58,126 nt of DNA from Candidatus Hadarchaeota archaeon (GCA_040755315.1 JBFMBF010000005.1:1-58126), one strand, 5' to 3'; shown: positions 7,570-17,296, counted from the first letter of the stretch. Numbers and translations: made by a program. Notes: a model not told the origin generated them from the letters alone.

Positions 7570-9462
7570 TTGAGGATATTGCTGATACACGCCGACTTCC
7601 TCGAGTTCGAGGTGAAGCAGCCCACGCCAGCCGCTGAAGAGGTCGCCCAAGAAAAGAGGACCGGGCGGCTGGAAGAGGTGCTGGTCGTCTTCTCGGCTGC
7701 GGAGGAGGAGGACGAGGGCAGCATTGAAGAGGTGTCCAAAAACGCCGCGCGGGACATAGCGGACGTGGCGGGGAAGGTCGGGGCCGAACGCGTCGCCATC
7801 TACCCCTACGCCCACCTCAGCCCATCTCTCGCTTCTCCAAGGGCCGCAGTGAAGCTTCTCGACGCGACCCGGGATGAGCTGCAGAATCTCGGCCTTGAGA
7901 CCCACCGCCTGCCGTTCGGGTGGTACAAGGCTTTCAAGATTTCATGCAAGGGTCACCCCCTCAGCGAGCTGTCACGCCAGATTACGGCGGGGAAGGTTGC
8001 GGAAGCCCTCACGGAGGCGCTGGTGCAGGAGGAGAAGGTAAGGTCAACTTGGTTTGTGCTGGAGCCCAGCGGCGAGACCCACGAGGTGAAGCTGGAGGGC
8101 AACGACATCACTGGTTACGACTTTTCAAAGAACGAGAACCTCCGGCTCTTCCTGATGCACGAGATCGCTAAGAAGAGGGAGGCGACCGAGGAGCCGCCAC
8201 ACGTCCAGCTCATGAGGAGGCTTGAACTCTTGGACTACGAGCCGGGGAGCGACTCCGGCAACTTCAGGCTGTACCCGAAGGGGAGGCTGGTCAAGAGCCT
8301 GCTCGAGGAGTGGGTGAGCCATCGGGTGAAAGATTACGGCGCGATGGAGATAGAGACCCCGATAATGTACGACTACGAGCACCCGGCGCTGAAGGACTAC
8401 CTCGAGAGGTTCCCGGCGCGGCAATACACGCTCAAGTCCACCAAGAAGAAATTGTTCCTCAGGTTCTCAGCTTGCTTTGGGCAGTTCCTGATGGCGGCCT
8501 CGAGCACCATCTCCTACCGCGACCTGCCCCTCAGGATGTACGAACTAACGAGGTACTCTTTCAGGCTTGAGAAGACGGGAGAGCTTTCGGGGCTCAGGCG
8601 CCTGCGCTCGTTCACGATGCCGGACATGCACACCATCTGCAGCGACGAGGAGCAGGCGAAGAAGGAGTTCCTTAACCAGTTCAAGTTGAGCATGAGATGC
8701 ATGAGGGAGATTGGCTTCACGCGGGAGAACTACGAGACTGGATTCAGGGCCACGCAGGAATTCTGGGAGAAAAATAAGGATTTCGTGACATCACTGGTCA
8801 AGCTGGTGAAGCGCCCCGTGCTGCTTGAGGTCTGGAGCCACCGCTACGCCTATTTCGACCCAAAGTTCGAGTTCAACTTCGTGGACAACCTAGGAAAGGC
8901 CTCCGCCCTGTCGACTGTTCAGATGGACCACGAGAACGCGAAGAGGTACGGGATAGTTTACATAGACGAGAAAAATGAGAAAAGGAACCCGCTTATCCTC
9001 CACTGCTCGCCTTCCGGAAGCCTGGAGAGGGTGATCTACGCCCTGCTTGAGAAGGCCGTCAAGGACCAGAAGGTGGGGAAGTCGCCGAGCCTTCCCCTCT
9101 GGCTGGCGCCGACACAGGTCAGGCTGATCCCGATCGCCGACCGCCACAGAAAATTCTGCGAGCGGGTCGCGGACGAGCTCGAAAACTCCTGTGTGAGGGT
9201 GGATGTGGATGACAGGGGCGAGACTGTGCAGAAGAAGATAAGGGACGCCGAGAGGGAATGGGTTCCCTACAGCATCGTTGCGGGGGACAGGGAGCTCAAG
9301 CTGAAGAAGATTCCGGTCAGGGTGAGGGGCAAAAAGGCGCTCAAGCAGATGACAGTGAAGGGGCTATGCACAGAGATTTCAAAGAAGATCAAAGGAATGC
9401 CGTTCAAACCCACCCCTCTGCCGCGCCAGCTCTCGAAGCGGCCGATTTTCTTTGGCGGATAA
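7570..9462 (+). CDS. thrS: Threonyl-tRNA synthetase (archaeal type with N-terminal editing domain)
   Basis: MRILLIHAD, YPYAHLS, PFGWYKAF..CKGHPLSELSR, FTMPDMH, LHCSPSGSLER. Confidence 0.97.
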   Translation: MRILLIHADFLEFEVKQPTPAAEEVAQEKRTGRLEEVLVVFSAAEEEDEGSIEEVSKNAARDIADVAGKVGAERVAIYPYAHLSPSLASPRAAVKLLDATRDELQNLGLETHRLPFGWYKAFKISCKGHPLSELSRQITAGKVAEALTEALVQEEKVRSTWFVLEPSGETHEVKLEGNDITGYDFSKNENLRLFLMHEIAKKREATEEPPHVQLMRRLELLDYEPGSDSGNFRLYPKGRLVKSLLEEWVSHRVKDYGAMEIETPIMYDYEHPALKDYLERFPARQYTLKSTKKKLFLRFSACFGQFLMAASSTISYRDLPLRMYELTRYSFRLEKTGELSGLRRLRSFTMPDMHTICSDEEQAKKEFLNQFKLSMRCMREIGFTRENYETGFRATQEFWEKNKDFVTSLVKLVKRPVLLEVWSHRYAYFDPKFEFNFVDNLGKASALSTVQMDHENAKRYGIVYIDEKNEKRNPLILHCSPSGSLERVIYALLEKAVKDQKVGKSPSLPLWLAPTQVRLIPIADRHRKFCERVADELENSCVRVDVDDRGETVQKKIRDAEREWVPYSIVAGDRELKLKKIPVRVRGKKALKQMTVKGLCTEISKKIKGMPFKPTPLPRQLSKRPIFFGG

Positions 9463-9490
9463 TTTTCAAAAATCCATTGGATGGTTAAAT

Positions 9491-10657
9491 ATGAAAATCC
9501 CAAAAAGAGCCGCCTACGCTGCGATAATCTCCCTGGGCATCGTCAGCCTGCTTGGTGATGTGGTCTACGAAGGCGCCCGAGGTTTGACACCCGACTACCT
9601 GAATTTCTTGGGGGCTTCTGCAACTGTACTCGGCATCGTCACAGGGCTGGGTGAGTTCATTGGTTATGGGTTAAGATTATTGAGCGGAATTTTCGTCGAC
9701 AGGACCCGGGCTTATTGGGCTTTCACCTTCATCGGGTACGGATTGATTGTGGCTATCCCACTACTGGCTTTCGCCGGAAGCTGGCAAATCGTTGCGATTT
9801 TCATACTTTCGGAGCGGCTGGGCAAGGCCTTTAGGTCGCCTGCCAGGGACGTGATCCTTTCGGTGGCCAGCCACGGCGTTGGCACCGGGAAGGCATTCGG
9901 CATCCATGAATTTTTGGACCAGATAGGCGCGGTGCTGGGTCCGATCATTTTGTTTGCGATAATGTTTTTGACAGCGGGGAATTACTCGCTCGCTTTCGCA
10001 TTCCTTACAATCCCATTCCTGTTGATGCTGTTTTTCCTCGTCAAGGCCTACCGCAGCATAGGGAACGTCTCAATCGACGGTAAGAAGAGCGACAAAGCAC
10101 CGCTTGAGGGCAATTTTTCCGCATACATCGGCGCAGTAGCCTTGAACACTCTCGGGCTTGTTCCAGTTGCAATACTGCTCTTCCGCGTTTCGGGTATCGT
10201 CCGGCCCCTTGGGCAGGCCTGGCTGGTGCCGCTGGTTTACGCTTTTGTCCAGCTTGTGGATGCACCGTCCGCCCTAGTTTCTGGCCACGCCTACGACAAA
10301 ACTAAAAGAAAAGTCCTGCTGCTCCCTTTTGCGATTTCCATCTTCCCCACAATGCTTGTAATGCTAACGAATAATTTAGCAGTGTTTTTGCTTGCAGCTG
10401 CAATTCTTGGATTGATCGAAGGCATGAGGGAATCTATTTACCGCGCGGCCGTGGCAGACATGACCCCGCTCGTGAGCAGGGGGAAAGCTTATGGGATTTT
10501 TCACACGGTGTACGCGGTCTGCATTTTGTTCAGCAGCATCATCTTTGGCGTATTTTTGGACCTGGGAGTCTCAATTCCACTGATAATTGTTTACATCTTG
10601 GTGACGCAGGTTTTGGCAATGGTGCTGCTTTCTAAATCTTTCCGAAAAATCAAATGA
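9491..10657 (+). CDS. MFS transporter
   Basis: About 12 hydrophobic segments; ERLGKAFRSPARD, GKAFGIHEFLDQIGA. Confidence 0.88.
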   Translation: MKIPKRAAYAAIISLGIVSLLGDVVYEGARGLTPDYLNFLGASATVLGIVTGLGEFIGYGLRLLSGIFVDRTRAYWAFTFIGYGLIVAIPLLAFAGSWQIVAIFILSERLGKAFRSPARDVILSVASHGVGTGKAFGIHEFLDQIGAVLGPIILFAIMFLTAGNYSLAFAFLTIPFLLMLFFLVKAYRSIGNVSIDGKKSDKAPLEGNFSAYIGAVALNTLGLVPVAILLFRVSGIVRPLGQAWLVPLVYAFVQLVDAPSALVSGHAYDKTKRKVLLLPFAISIFPTMLVMLTNNLAVFLLAAAILGLIEGMRESIYRAAVADMTPLVSRGKAYGIFHTVYAVCILFSSIIFGVFLDLGVSIPLIIVYILVTQVLAMVLLSKSFRKIK

Positions 10658-10661
10658 AGTT

Positions 10662-11837
10662 TCACATGGTCTTCAAAAACAATTCCATGAACTTGGATCC
10701 GTCCACAAGCCCAAGCGTCCCGTGTTTTGCTGAAAATTCATCGAACTTAAGCCCGTCACCTTCTGAACTCGGGGAGTAAATTGCGAACGGGACGGGGTCC
10801 GAGACGTGGGACTTCACCTTTATCGGCGTCGGGTGGTCAGGCAGGATGGCCACCCTGCACCCCTCTGCCTTCTCGAGTATCCTGCCGAGTAGCCTCCTGT
10901 CGAGGTCCTCTATTGTCCTGACCTTTTGTTTGGCATCACCCTCGTGCCCGGCCTCGTCCGGCGCCTCTACATGGACGTAGACAAAGTCCCTTTTACTCAG
11001 CGCCTTGATCGCATGGTCGGCCTTCCCTTCGTAATTTGTGTCGTAATAACCGGTGGCTCCAGGCACATTTATCACTTCCATCCCAGCGTAAACCCCGATA
11101 CCGTTTATCAGGTTAACGGCCGAAATCATTGCCCCCTTCAGCCCGTATTTTTTCTTGAAGCTTTCGAGATTTGGCTTCCTCCCCGGGCTCCACAACCAAA
11201 TCATGTTTGCTGGGTTCTTCCCCGCCTTGACCCTCTTGATGTTAACAGGATGCTTCGAAAGCGGCTCCCTGGAGGCAAGCATGAGCTCGTTCAGCTTTTT
11301 CCCCAACTTCCCTCCCGCAGGGCCGATCATGTGCTTGGATATTTTTTCTCCAACTATGTCGTGCGGAGGGTCGCAGCCCGCGGCGATGCCAGCGTTCCTC
11401 ATGATAAAAATGTGCCTGTACTTCACGCCCAAGTGGTACTCCCCGCCTCCCAGCTTTTTCACCTCGCCCAAGAGCTCCTCGGCCTCATGGTTTGATATCT
11501 GGCCGCCAGAGTAGTCTGCTAGGATGCCGTCTCGCTCGGTGACAAGGTTGCACCTGAAGGCTACATCCCTTTTCCCGAGCTTTATCCCCATCGCCCCCGC
11601 CTCTAGAGGGCCCCTCCCTGTGAAGTATTTCCTTGGGTCATAGCCGAGGATAGCTAGGTTCGCCACGGCAGAGTCTGGAACCATGCCGTCCGGGACTGTT
11701 TTGACAATGCCGACCCTGCCCTCTGACGCGACAAAGTTCATGTTTGGCTTCCGGGCGACCTGCAACGGGGTTTTACCACCGAGCTCCTTGCAGGGGTAGT
11801 CCGCCATGCCGTCGCCCACCACAACGATGCACTTCAT
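10662..11837 (-). CDS. apgM: Cofactor-independent phosphoglycerate mutase
   Basis: GDGMAD, GKTPLQVA, GRGPLEA, HVEAPDEAGH, PDHPTP. Confidence 0.92.
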   Translation of the reverse strand: MKCIVVVGDGMADYPCKELGGKTPLQVARKPNMNFVASEGRVGIVKTVPDGMVPDSAVANLAILGYDPRKYFTGRGPLEAGAMGIKLGKRDVAFRCNLVTERDGILADYSGGQISNHEAEELLGEVKKLGGGEYHLGVKYRHIFIMRNAGIAAGCDPPHDIVGEKISKHMIGPAGGKLGKKLNELMLASREPLSKHPVNIKRVKAGKNPANMIWLWSPGRKPNLESFKKKYGLKGAMISAVNLINGIGVYAGMEVINVPGATGYYDTNYEGKADHAIKALSKRDFVYVHVEAPDEAGHEGDAKQKVRTIEDLDRRLLGRILEKAEGCRVAILPDHPTPIKVKSHVSDPVPFAIYSPSSEGDGLKFDEFSAKHGTLGLVDGSKFMELFLKTM

Positions 11838-12703
11838 TGTTTTTCCTCAAACACGAGAAGTTCTTCCTCGTACTTCCTTTCACCGAAGGCACTGCCACCC
11901 GGGAGGTGTTTAACCTTCTGCTTTGACAGCTTGCCGACGAGCATTTTATCTACCTCCTGCAGATTCCCTCCAAGAAGCCAGGGGATAGGAATGTTGATGT
12001 TGACCGGCCTCACTGGCAGGACATGGCGGGTGGTCTTGTGGGCGAACACTTTCCCAGCGAGCGCGACATCTATCACCTCTTCTTTTGTCACAGAGGGGAC
12101 AAGCATGACGACCGCGGTCTTGTCCACAGTCGCCAGGGCATCCTTCTCCTTCTCGTAGCTCAATCTGAACCCCTCCTCATTCAAAACCCGCTCGACCCTC
12201 TTAATCCAAGCGTAGCTCTCGTGGATCTCGGTTTTTTTGGCCGCTATCAGGTGACATTCCGCCGGGGTGAGGATGGCGGCCGTGGCCCTGCGCCCGTTGA
12301 CCGTGCTTTTGGCCTCTTCCAAGGAAGATTTTCTCACGTCCAGACCGAGCAGCGCGAGGATGAGCTTGAACAGGCGCACTATCTCGTCAAACTGTACCCC
12401 GGCGCTCCTCGCCACCCTGTACCAGCAGCTTATCCTGATCCTAGGGTCGTTGTAGTCCACGGAACAGACGGGGAGGTATTTGAGGCCGAGCTCCTTCGAG
12501 GCCGCCACGCGGTGCATCCCGTCCAGAACAACCCTCGTCCTGCCGTCAGCTATTATCGGGTCCTTCACGAAGCCGCTTGACTTCATGTTCTCCATGAGTT
12601 TTTTGAGTAGCTCGGGCACTATCTCCTCGTGAATGCGAAGCTCTTCCACCGGGAGGACCTCCAGCCGGCACCCGAACCCGTGCTCTTTGAACTCTAACGA
12701 CAA
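11834..12703 (-). CDS. ParB/Srx-domain protein, SerK/SbnI-like candidate serine kinase
   Basis: LRIHEE, PII.D..T.VVLDGMHR, C-terminal FAHKTTRH. Confidence 0.65.
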   Translation of the reverse strand: MSLEFKEHGFGCRLEVLPVEELRIHEEIVPELLKKLMENMKSSGFVKDPIIADGRTRVVLDGMHRVAASKELGLKYLPVCSVDYNDPRIRISCWYRVARSAGVQFDEIVRLFKLILALLGLDVRKSSLEEAKSTVNGRRATAAILTPAECHLIAAKKTEIHESYAWIKRVERVLNEEGFRLSYEKEKDALATVDKTAVVMLVPSVTKEEVIDVALAGKVFAHKTTRHVLPVRPVNINIPIPWLLGGNLQEVDKMLVGKLSKQKVKHLPGGSAFGERKYEEELLVFEEKQ

Positions 12704-12805
12704 GCTACCGCCATTAGCACAATCTCCGCCGCTTTCAAAAAGCTAACGCGCCCCCCCCATATAGCCTGTAGAAAAATTTTAATAGCTGTGAATTTCAGCA
12801 GATTT

Positions 12806-12897
12806 GGGAGGGGTCAGCCCCCACATTCAATGGAATGGCCAACCAACAGAGGCCCGTTTGTGGCCTCTGCCAACCAGCCTTCCTCACCCCTCCCACC
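12806..12897 (+). ncRNA. Candidate structured small RNA
   Basis: BRE/TATA GAAAAA-TTTTAATA at 12771-12784; terminal stem 12805-12814/12886-12895; two internal hairpins; GCCAACCA twice. Confidence 0.55.
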
Positions 12898-12926
12898 TTT
12901 CTGCGAGTTTCCATCCATGCCGTGGC

Positions 12927-13868
12927 TTACTTCTCTCCGTCCCGGATGCCCCCCTCCACTATCTGGAAAGTGGCAGTCTCTGGCGGCAGCGCCGGGTGGT
13001 CAACCAGGTGCGCCGTTCTCATGTTGCCCTTGGATTTTCGCAGGTACATCCGCACGGTCGCTGAATGGCCGAGGACATGCCCTCCGATGGGCTTTGTCGG
13101 ATCCCCGAAAAACGTGTCTGGCCTGGACTGAACCTGGTTTGTCACCAGGACAGCCATGTCTTCCAGCTCAGACAGCTTGTGCAGCGATGCTAGGTGCCGA
13201 CCCAGCTTCTGTTGCCTCTCGGCCAGCGAACCCCTGCCGCAGTACTCGCTCCTGAAGAGAGCAGTCACCGAGTCCACCACAAGAAGCCGCGCGTTGTTCT
13301 GCTTCGCTATCTCTCCCGCCTTTTCCACCAACAGCATCTGGTGGTCCGTCGTGTGCGCCCGGGCAATGTAGATGTTGTCGAGCGCCTGTTTTGGATCAAT
13401 CCCTGCAGCCAGCGCCATCTGGGTGATCCTCTCCGGCCTGAAGGTGTTCTCGGTGTCTACATACACGGCCCGCCCGCCGATCCCGCCCTGCTCTTGAGAG
13501 AGCTGGACGTTGACGCACAACTGGTGGGCGAGCTGAGACTTCCCGGTCCCGAACTCCCCGAAAACCTCTGTTATGCCCTTGGTTTCCAAACCTCCGCCCA
13601 TAAGTTTGTCGAGTGCTGCGCTTCCTGTGCTGATGCGGCTGAGGCTCTTCCTGCGCTCGAACACATCCGTGGCCTTCTCGTAACCCATGCTGGAAGCTTC
13701 CCTCGCGGCGTTAATCAGCTTTATCGCCGCTTTCGCCCCTATCTCTGCCGCCTCCATTAGCTCCCCTGTCGTTGCCACCGCTAGGCTCTCCACAGAGTCA
13801 TAACCAGCGGCTCGCAGTTTTTCGGAGATGGCCGGGCCCACGCCATCCAGTTCTTCAAATTCAACCAT
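12927..13868 (-). CDS. radA: DNA repair and recombination protein RadA
   Basis: N-terminal HhH (GVGPA), [36 protein letters not shown]. Confidence 0.96.
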   Translation of the reverse strand: MVEFEELDGVGPAISEKLRAAGYDSVESLAVATTGELMEAAEIGAKAAIKLINAAREASSMGYEKATDVFERRKSLSRISTGSAALDKLMGGGLETKGITEVFGEFGTGKSQLAHQLCVNVQLSQEQGGIGGRAVYVDTENTFRPERITQMALAAGIDPKQALDNIYIARAHTTDHQMLLVEKAGEIAKQNNARLLVVDSVTALFRSEYCGRGSLAERQQKLGRHLASLHKLSELEDMAVLVTNQVQSRPDTFFGDPTKPIGGHVLGHSATVRMYLRKSKGNMRTAHLVDHPALPPETATFQIVEGGIRDGEK

Positions 13869-14095
13869 TTTTTCACCCCCGTAGCTCTCGATTTGGCGCG
13901 CAAGTTTTATTTGGCTTTTGGGGAGAGAGGTCTCCGAAAGTATTGTTTAAAAGCTGCTGGAAAACTCGGAAAACACCATAATCGCGGCCATTATCATGTG
14001 TTTTACGATTGGGTGGGTGCGAAAGTATTCTGTAAACCTCAGGGCGGCTCGGACAGCAATGTTTTAGCCACCGGCCTCCACTATTCTTTGGTCGC

Positions 14096-14332
14096 ATGGA
14101 AGAAGAACAGGTCTCGGAAGCTGGCCCGCTGGTGGATTTGCAGAGGTTCCTGGGGCAGGTTATCCTCGTAACCGCGAAGGATGGGCGCAAGTTCAAGGGG
14201 AAGCTGGCCCAGTTTGACGAGCACATGAACGTAATCCTAGAGTCCGCCGAGGAGATCTCAAAAGAAGGGCAACCGAAACAACACAGGCTTATTCTTTTGA
14301 AGGGCGGAAATATTACCGAAGTCTCCGTCTAG
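14096..14332 (+). CDS. Sm/Lsm family RNA-binding protein
   Basis: Sm1 motif KDGRKFKGKL..FDEHMNVIL; Sm2 LKGGNI. Confidence 0.9.
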   Translation: MEEEQVSEAGPLVDLQRFLGQVILVTAKDGRKFKGKLAQFDEHMNVILESAEEISKEGQPKQHRLILLKGGNITEVSV

Positions 14333-14598
14333 AGCTGCCTCATCCCTTCTACCACTTTCGCCCCTTCGAAAACCTCCCTGCCGTGTTCTGTGAGCTTGTA
14401 GATGCCGTCCGACTCGCCGACCAGCCCCTTCTCCAGCAGCGAGCGAACGTATGCCTTCACGGGCCACCAGTTTTCTGAACCGTGGAGGGTCTTCAGCTTT
14501 CTGAGCCCTATGCTGTTTTCCGCGGCTATTATCTCGAACGTCCTCTTGACGCCGCTCCTGTCGTCATTCAGCCAGTTTATGTCCTCAGTTACTCCCAT
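14329..14598 (-). CDS. Small winged-helix-like protein
   Basis: C-terminal LLEKGLV....GIYKLTEHG wing signature. Confidence 0.65.
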   Translation of the reverse strand: MGVTEDINWLNDDRSGVKRTFEIIAAENSIGLRKLKTLHGSENWWPVKAYVRSLLEKGLVGESDGIYKLTEHGREVFEGAKVVEGMRQL

Positions 14599-14686
14599 GC
14601 TCCCAGCTATAGTCTGCTTGAGGTAAAAAAGCCCTTGAAGGTGGGGGCCGGATACTTGAGGTTTTTAAAGGAGACCACATAATGAA

Positions 14687-14965
14687 ATGGGTGTACAGTT
14701 GAGAGGTTGGTTGCTACTCGGCGCCGGAGTTGCCATTGCGGTAATCCTGCCTCTGGTGGCCATGGGACAGACAGATTGGGTGAGGCTTGCCGGGCAGATA
14801 GTTCTCACGGTTGAGCTGCTCCTGCTTACTGGGGGGGCGGCGCTTTTCGGCTACATCTGCCTGAAAGCCCAGGCCACCAAGTGGGGAGTGGGGCTGTTGG
14901 TGGTAGCGTTGCTTTGTGTTCTGGCTGTTTACATGGTCTGGGCTGGCAAGCTGCCGTTCTTCTAA
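14687..14965 (+). CDS. Small membrane protein (about 3 TM)
   Basis: Three hydrophobic stretches; TTTTTAAA upstream. Confidence 0.7.
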   Translation: MGVQLRGWLLLGAGVAIAVILPLVAMGQTDWVRLAGQIVLTVELLLLTGGAALFGYICLKAQATKWGVGLLVVALLCVLAVYMVWAGKLPFF

Positions 14966-15441
14966 AATCCACCTGGCACAATCTCGTAAAGCTTGTGGAA
15001 AAGCTCCTTCAAGGCATCGGTGTGATCTAGGATTTTTTCCTTTCCGCCCGGCGACCTGGTCGAGTAAAGGACTTTGATCGGCATTATCCTTGAGAGGATG
15101 ATCGCGACCGAACCGAGCACAAGGCTCATGGCCTGGGTTCCACCGCTGTAGTTAATCGTGACCTCGTCGCTTGGCTTTATCTTCTCCAGGACTTTGCCGA
15201 GGGCGTCGCCGATTGACTCCGGATCGAAGGCGTCGCATGGTACAATCTGGAGTTTGCACCTCGCCTTCCTGGCCGCCTCTTGAAGAACCACGGAGTTGGG
15301 CTTTTTGTAGCCGTGCTCGCTCGCCGTGTACTTGAGGCCGTCGGGAGACGCCACAAGATAGCAGACGTTTGGCTTCCTGATCTGGATAATGTGCTCGAGA
15401 GGGCGCGGGTGGAAGCCGAGCGTCAGGATGGCCACTTTCAT
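14962..15441 (-). CDS. Stand-alone CARF-domain protein
   Basis: CARF-like motif I TLGFHPRP and motif II INYSGGTQAMS, followed by VLYS strand. Confidence 0.72.
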   Translation of the reverse strand: MKVAILTLGFHPRPLEHIIQIRKPNVCYLVASPDGLKYTASEHGYKKPNSVVLQEAARKARCKLQIVPCDAFDPESIGDALGKVLEKIKPSDEVTINYSGGTQAMSLVLGSVAIILSRIMPIKVLYSTRSPGGKEKILDHTDALKELFHKLYEIVPGGF

Positions 15442-15686
15442 TCACTTTTCCCCCATTGTTCAGCGTTGAGCTGTTTCGCTCTTTCTTGGAGTTTCATCAT
15501 TATAAAGTCTCTGGCCTGAGTTCTCTCGATGTCGCTTTTGAAGGAGCCCTCCATGTGCTCGAGCCGCGGCTTCGCGAACATCTCGAACGCCGCCCCGATG
15601 TCGCGGTCGGTGATTGGGGCGTCCTTCACCTTGTCTGAAAGCAGCTCGGCAGCCTTCTGCACTATCCAATCCAGCTCAACGTTCAT
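15438..15686 (-). CDS. Hypothetical small helical protein
   Basis: 82-aa ORF with ATGA overlap onto the CARF gene. Confidence 0.65.
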   Translation of the reverse strand: MNVELDWIVQKAAELLSDKVKDAPITDRDIGAAFEMFAKPRLEHMEGSFKSDIERTQARDFIMMKLQERAKQLNAEQWGKSE

Positions 15687-15735
15687 TCAATCCGAACACT
15701 TTTAGACGGCGGGGTTTAAAGGTGATGGGAGACGC

Positions 15736-16254
15736 GTGGACGTATTTGAGGCCATCAGGTCCAGGAGGAGCGTGCGGGCGTTCAAGAAGGGGCCGCTCAA
15801 TGAGGGAGACTTGGAGAAGATTCTGGAGGCTGCCATGCAGGCTCCGAGCGCCGGGAACACTCAGCCATGGGATTTTGTGACCGTGAAGAATGAACATGTG
15901 AAGGAAGGGCTTGTCCATGCATCGGGACAGAAGTTCATCTCGCAGGCCCCGGTCGTCGTTGTCGTCTGTGCTGATACAAAAAGGTCGTCTAGAGCTTACG
16001 GGAAACGCGGGGAGGAACTCTATTGCATCCAGGACACTGCCGCGGCTGTCGAGCACATTCACCTGGCGGCGGTGGCTTTGGGCTACGGGACTTGCTGGGT
16101 GGGGGCTTTCGACGAGGAAGCGGCGGCGAGGGCGATCGATGCCCCGGATGGTGTCAGGCCAGTGGCGATTATCCCGATAGGGAGGCCCGCGGAAAAGCCC
16201 AAGCCGACTTCCAGGTTGCCCATGGAAAAAATTGTCCACGAAAACGGTTTTTGA
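15736..16254 (+). CDS. Nitroreductase family protein
   Basis: RRSVRAF, APSAGNTQPW, GYGTCWVG. Confidence 0.92.
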   Translation: MDVFEAIRSRRSVRAFKKGPLNEGDLEKILEAAMQAPSAGNTQPWDFVTVKNEHVKEGLVHASGQKFISQAPVVVVVCADTKRSSRAYGKRGEELYCIQDTAAAVEHIHLAAVALGYGTCWVGAFDEEAAARAIDAPDGVRPVAIIPIGRPAEKPKPTSRLPMEKIVHENGF

Positions 16255-16266
16255 CGGCTTGCCGAC

Positions 16267-16338
16267 TGTCAAACGTTTATCACTTCTCCATGTCCAACGT
16301 TTATCGCTGCACTTGATAGCATGTCAAACGTTTGACAT
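16267..16338. repeat. Three copies of TGTCAAACGTTT-type motif, the third an 18-bp perfect palindrome
   Basis: 16267-16282 TGTCAAACGTTTATCA; 16291-16306 TGTCCAACGTTTATCG; 16321-16338 ATGTCAAACGTTTGACAT. Confidence 0.85.
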
Positions 16339-16384
16339 CCGAAACTCCAAAAGTGGAACCGCTAAATTAATCAATCATTCACAT

Positions 16385-17296
16385 TTACCCGATGCCCAGA
16401 AGCTTCGGTTTCCCAGAATAAACCTTTGAAACGATAAGCTGCTCCGGGAGCATGTGCTTGAGAAATGCCCGCTTCACCTGCGGGAAATTCTTTTCCCCAA
16501 CCATGGCAAAAACGGCCCTGCCTATCATCGCTTGGCTCGCCAAGATGGCACCGGCCCCTTCGGCGGCCCCGATTATTCTCTTTAGGTCCTCGTCAAGCAG
16601 TCCAAGCCCCTCGACAAACTCGTAGGAGACTGACCCAAATGTTTTGAGTGTAGGCTGCTTCAGCAATTTATCCATCGCCTTCCCGCCAAGCTCCTCCGCG
16701 TTTTTCAGGAAACTCCTGCTGGACAAGAAAGACTTTGTTGAAATTGGCCCCAACGTCGCGCAAATGACCCGCATGTCTGTTGGAACTGGTATCCTCCTCC
16801 ACATGCCGTGGGGCGGCGCGCCAGGCTTCACCCCAATCACCAAGCCACCGAAGGCCTGCGCCCCCACGTCGCCGAGTCCCGTTCGGCATTTGACCTCCGC
16901 CACGTGGGCTACTCTCACCAGCTCCTTTCTCGGCAGGCTCAAACCGACGGCTTTTGAAAGCGCGACAGCTGCGCCAATGGCTCCAGCCCCGCTCGCGCCG
17001 TAACCGGCTCCTACAGGGACCTGGCAGATGTGATCAATTGCAACTTCGGAATGGCCACGGACAAGTCTCAGAATTCTTTCAACGACTTGAGATGTGGTGT
17101 CTGCCCTGACCCTTTCGCCGTCTATCCAAATCTGCAAAGAATTCCTCGCCGCAGGTTCTGCTTTGACCATCGTGAGGACGCCGACATCGAGACATGGGCC
17201 GCAGTTCCTAGAACCCGTGCGCTCCGGCACCTTGGCCACGCAGGGCTGGAAAAATCCTGAGATGTGGGCTGGAACAAATGCAAAGGCCAGCATCAC
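16385..17296 (-). CDS. Pantoate kinase (GHMP family)
   Basis: PAHISGFF, GSRNCG, PVGAGYGASGA, AHVAEV...TGLGDV, SQAMIG. Confidence 0.92.
   Translation of the reverse strand: MMLAFAFVPAHISGFFQPCVAKVPERTGSRNCGPCLDVGVLTMVKAEPAARNSLQIWIDGERVRADTTSQVVERILRLVRGHSEVAIDHICQVPVGAGYGASGAGAIGAAVALSKAVGLSLPRKELVRVAHVAEVKCRTGLGDVGAQAFGGLVIGVKPGAPPHGMWRRIPVPTDMRVICATLGPISTKSFLSSRSFLKNAEELGGKAMDKLLKQPTLKTFGSVSYEFVEGLGLLDEDLKRIIGAAEGAGAILASQAMIGRAVFAMVGEKNFPQVKRAFLKHMLPEQLIVSKVYSGKPKLLGIG

Noticed and set aside
12788..13255. 155-aa ORF antisense to radA
   Set aside because: No recognisable motifs; shadow ORF that also overlaps the candidate ncRNA.
16267..16338. Mini CRISPR array
   Set aside because: Repeats are about 16 bp with 8-15 bp gaps, too short for repeat-spacer units.
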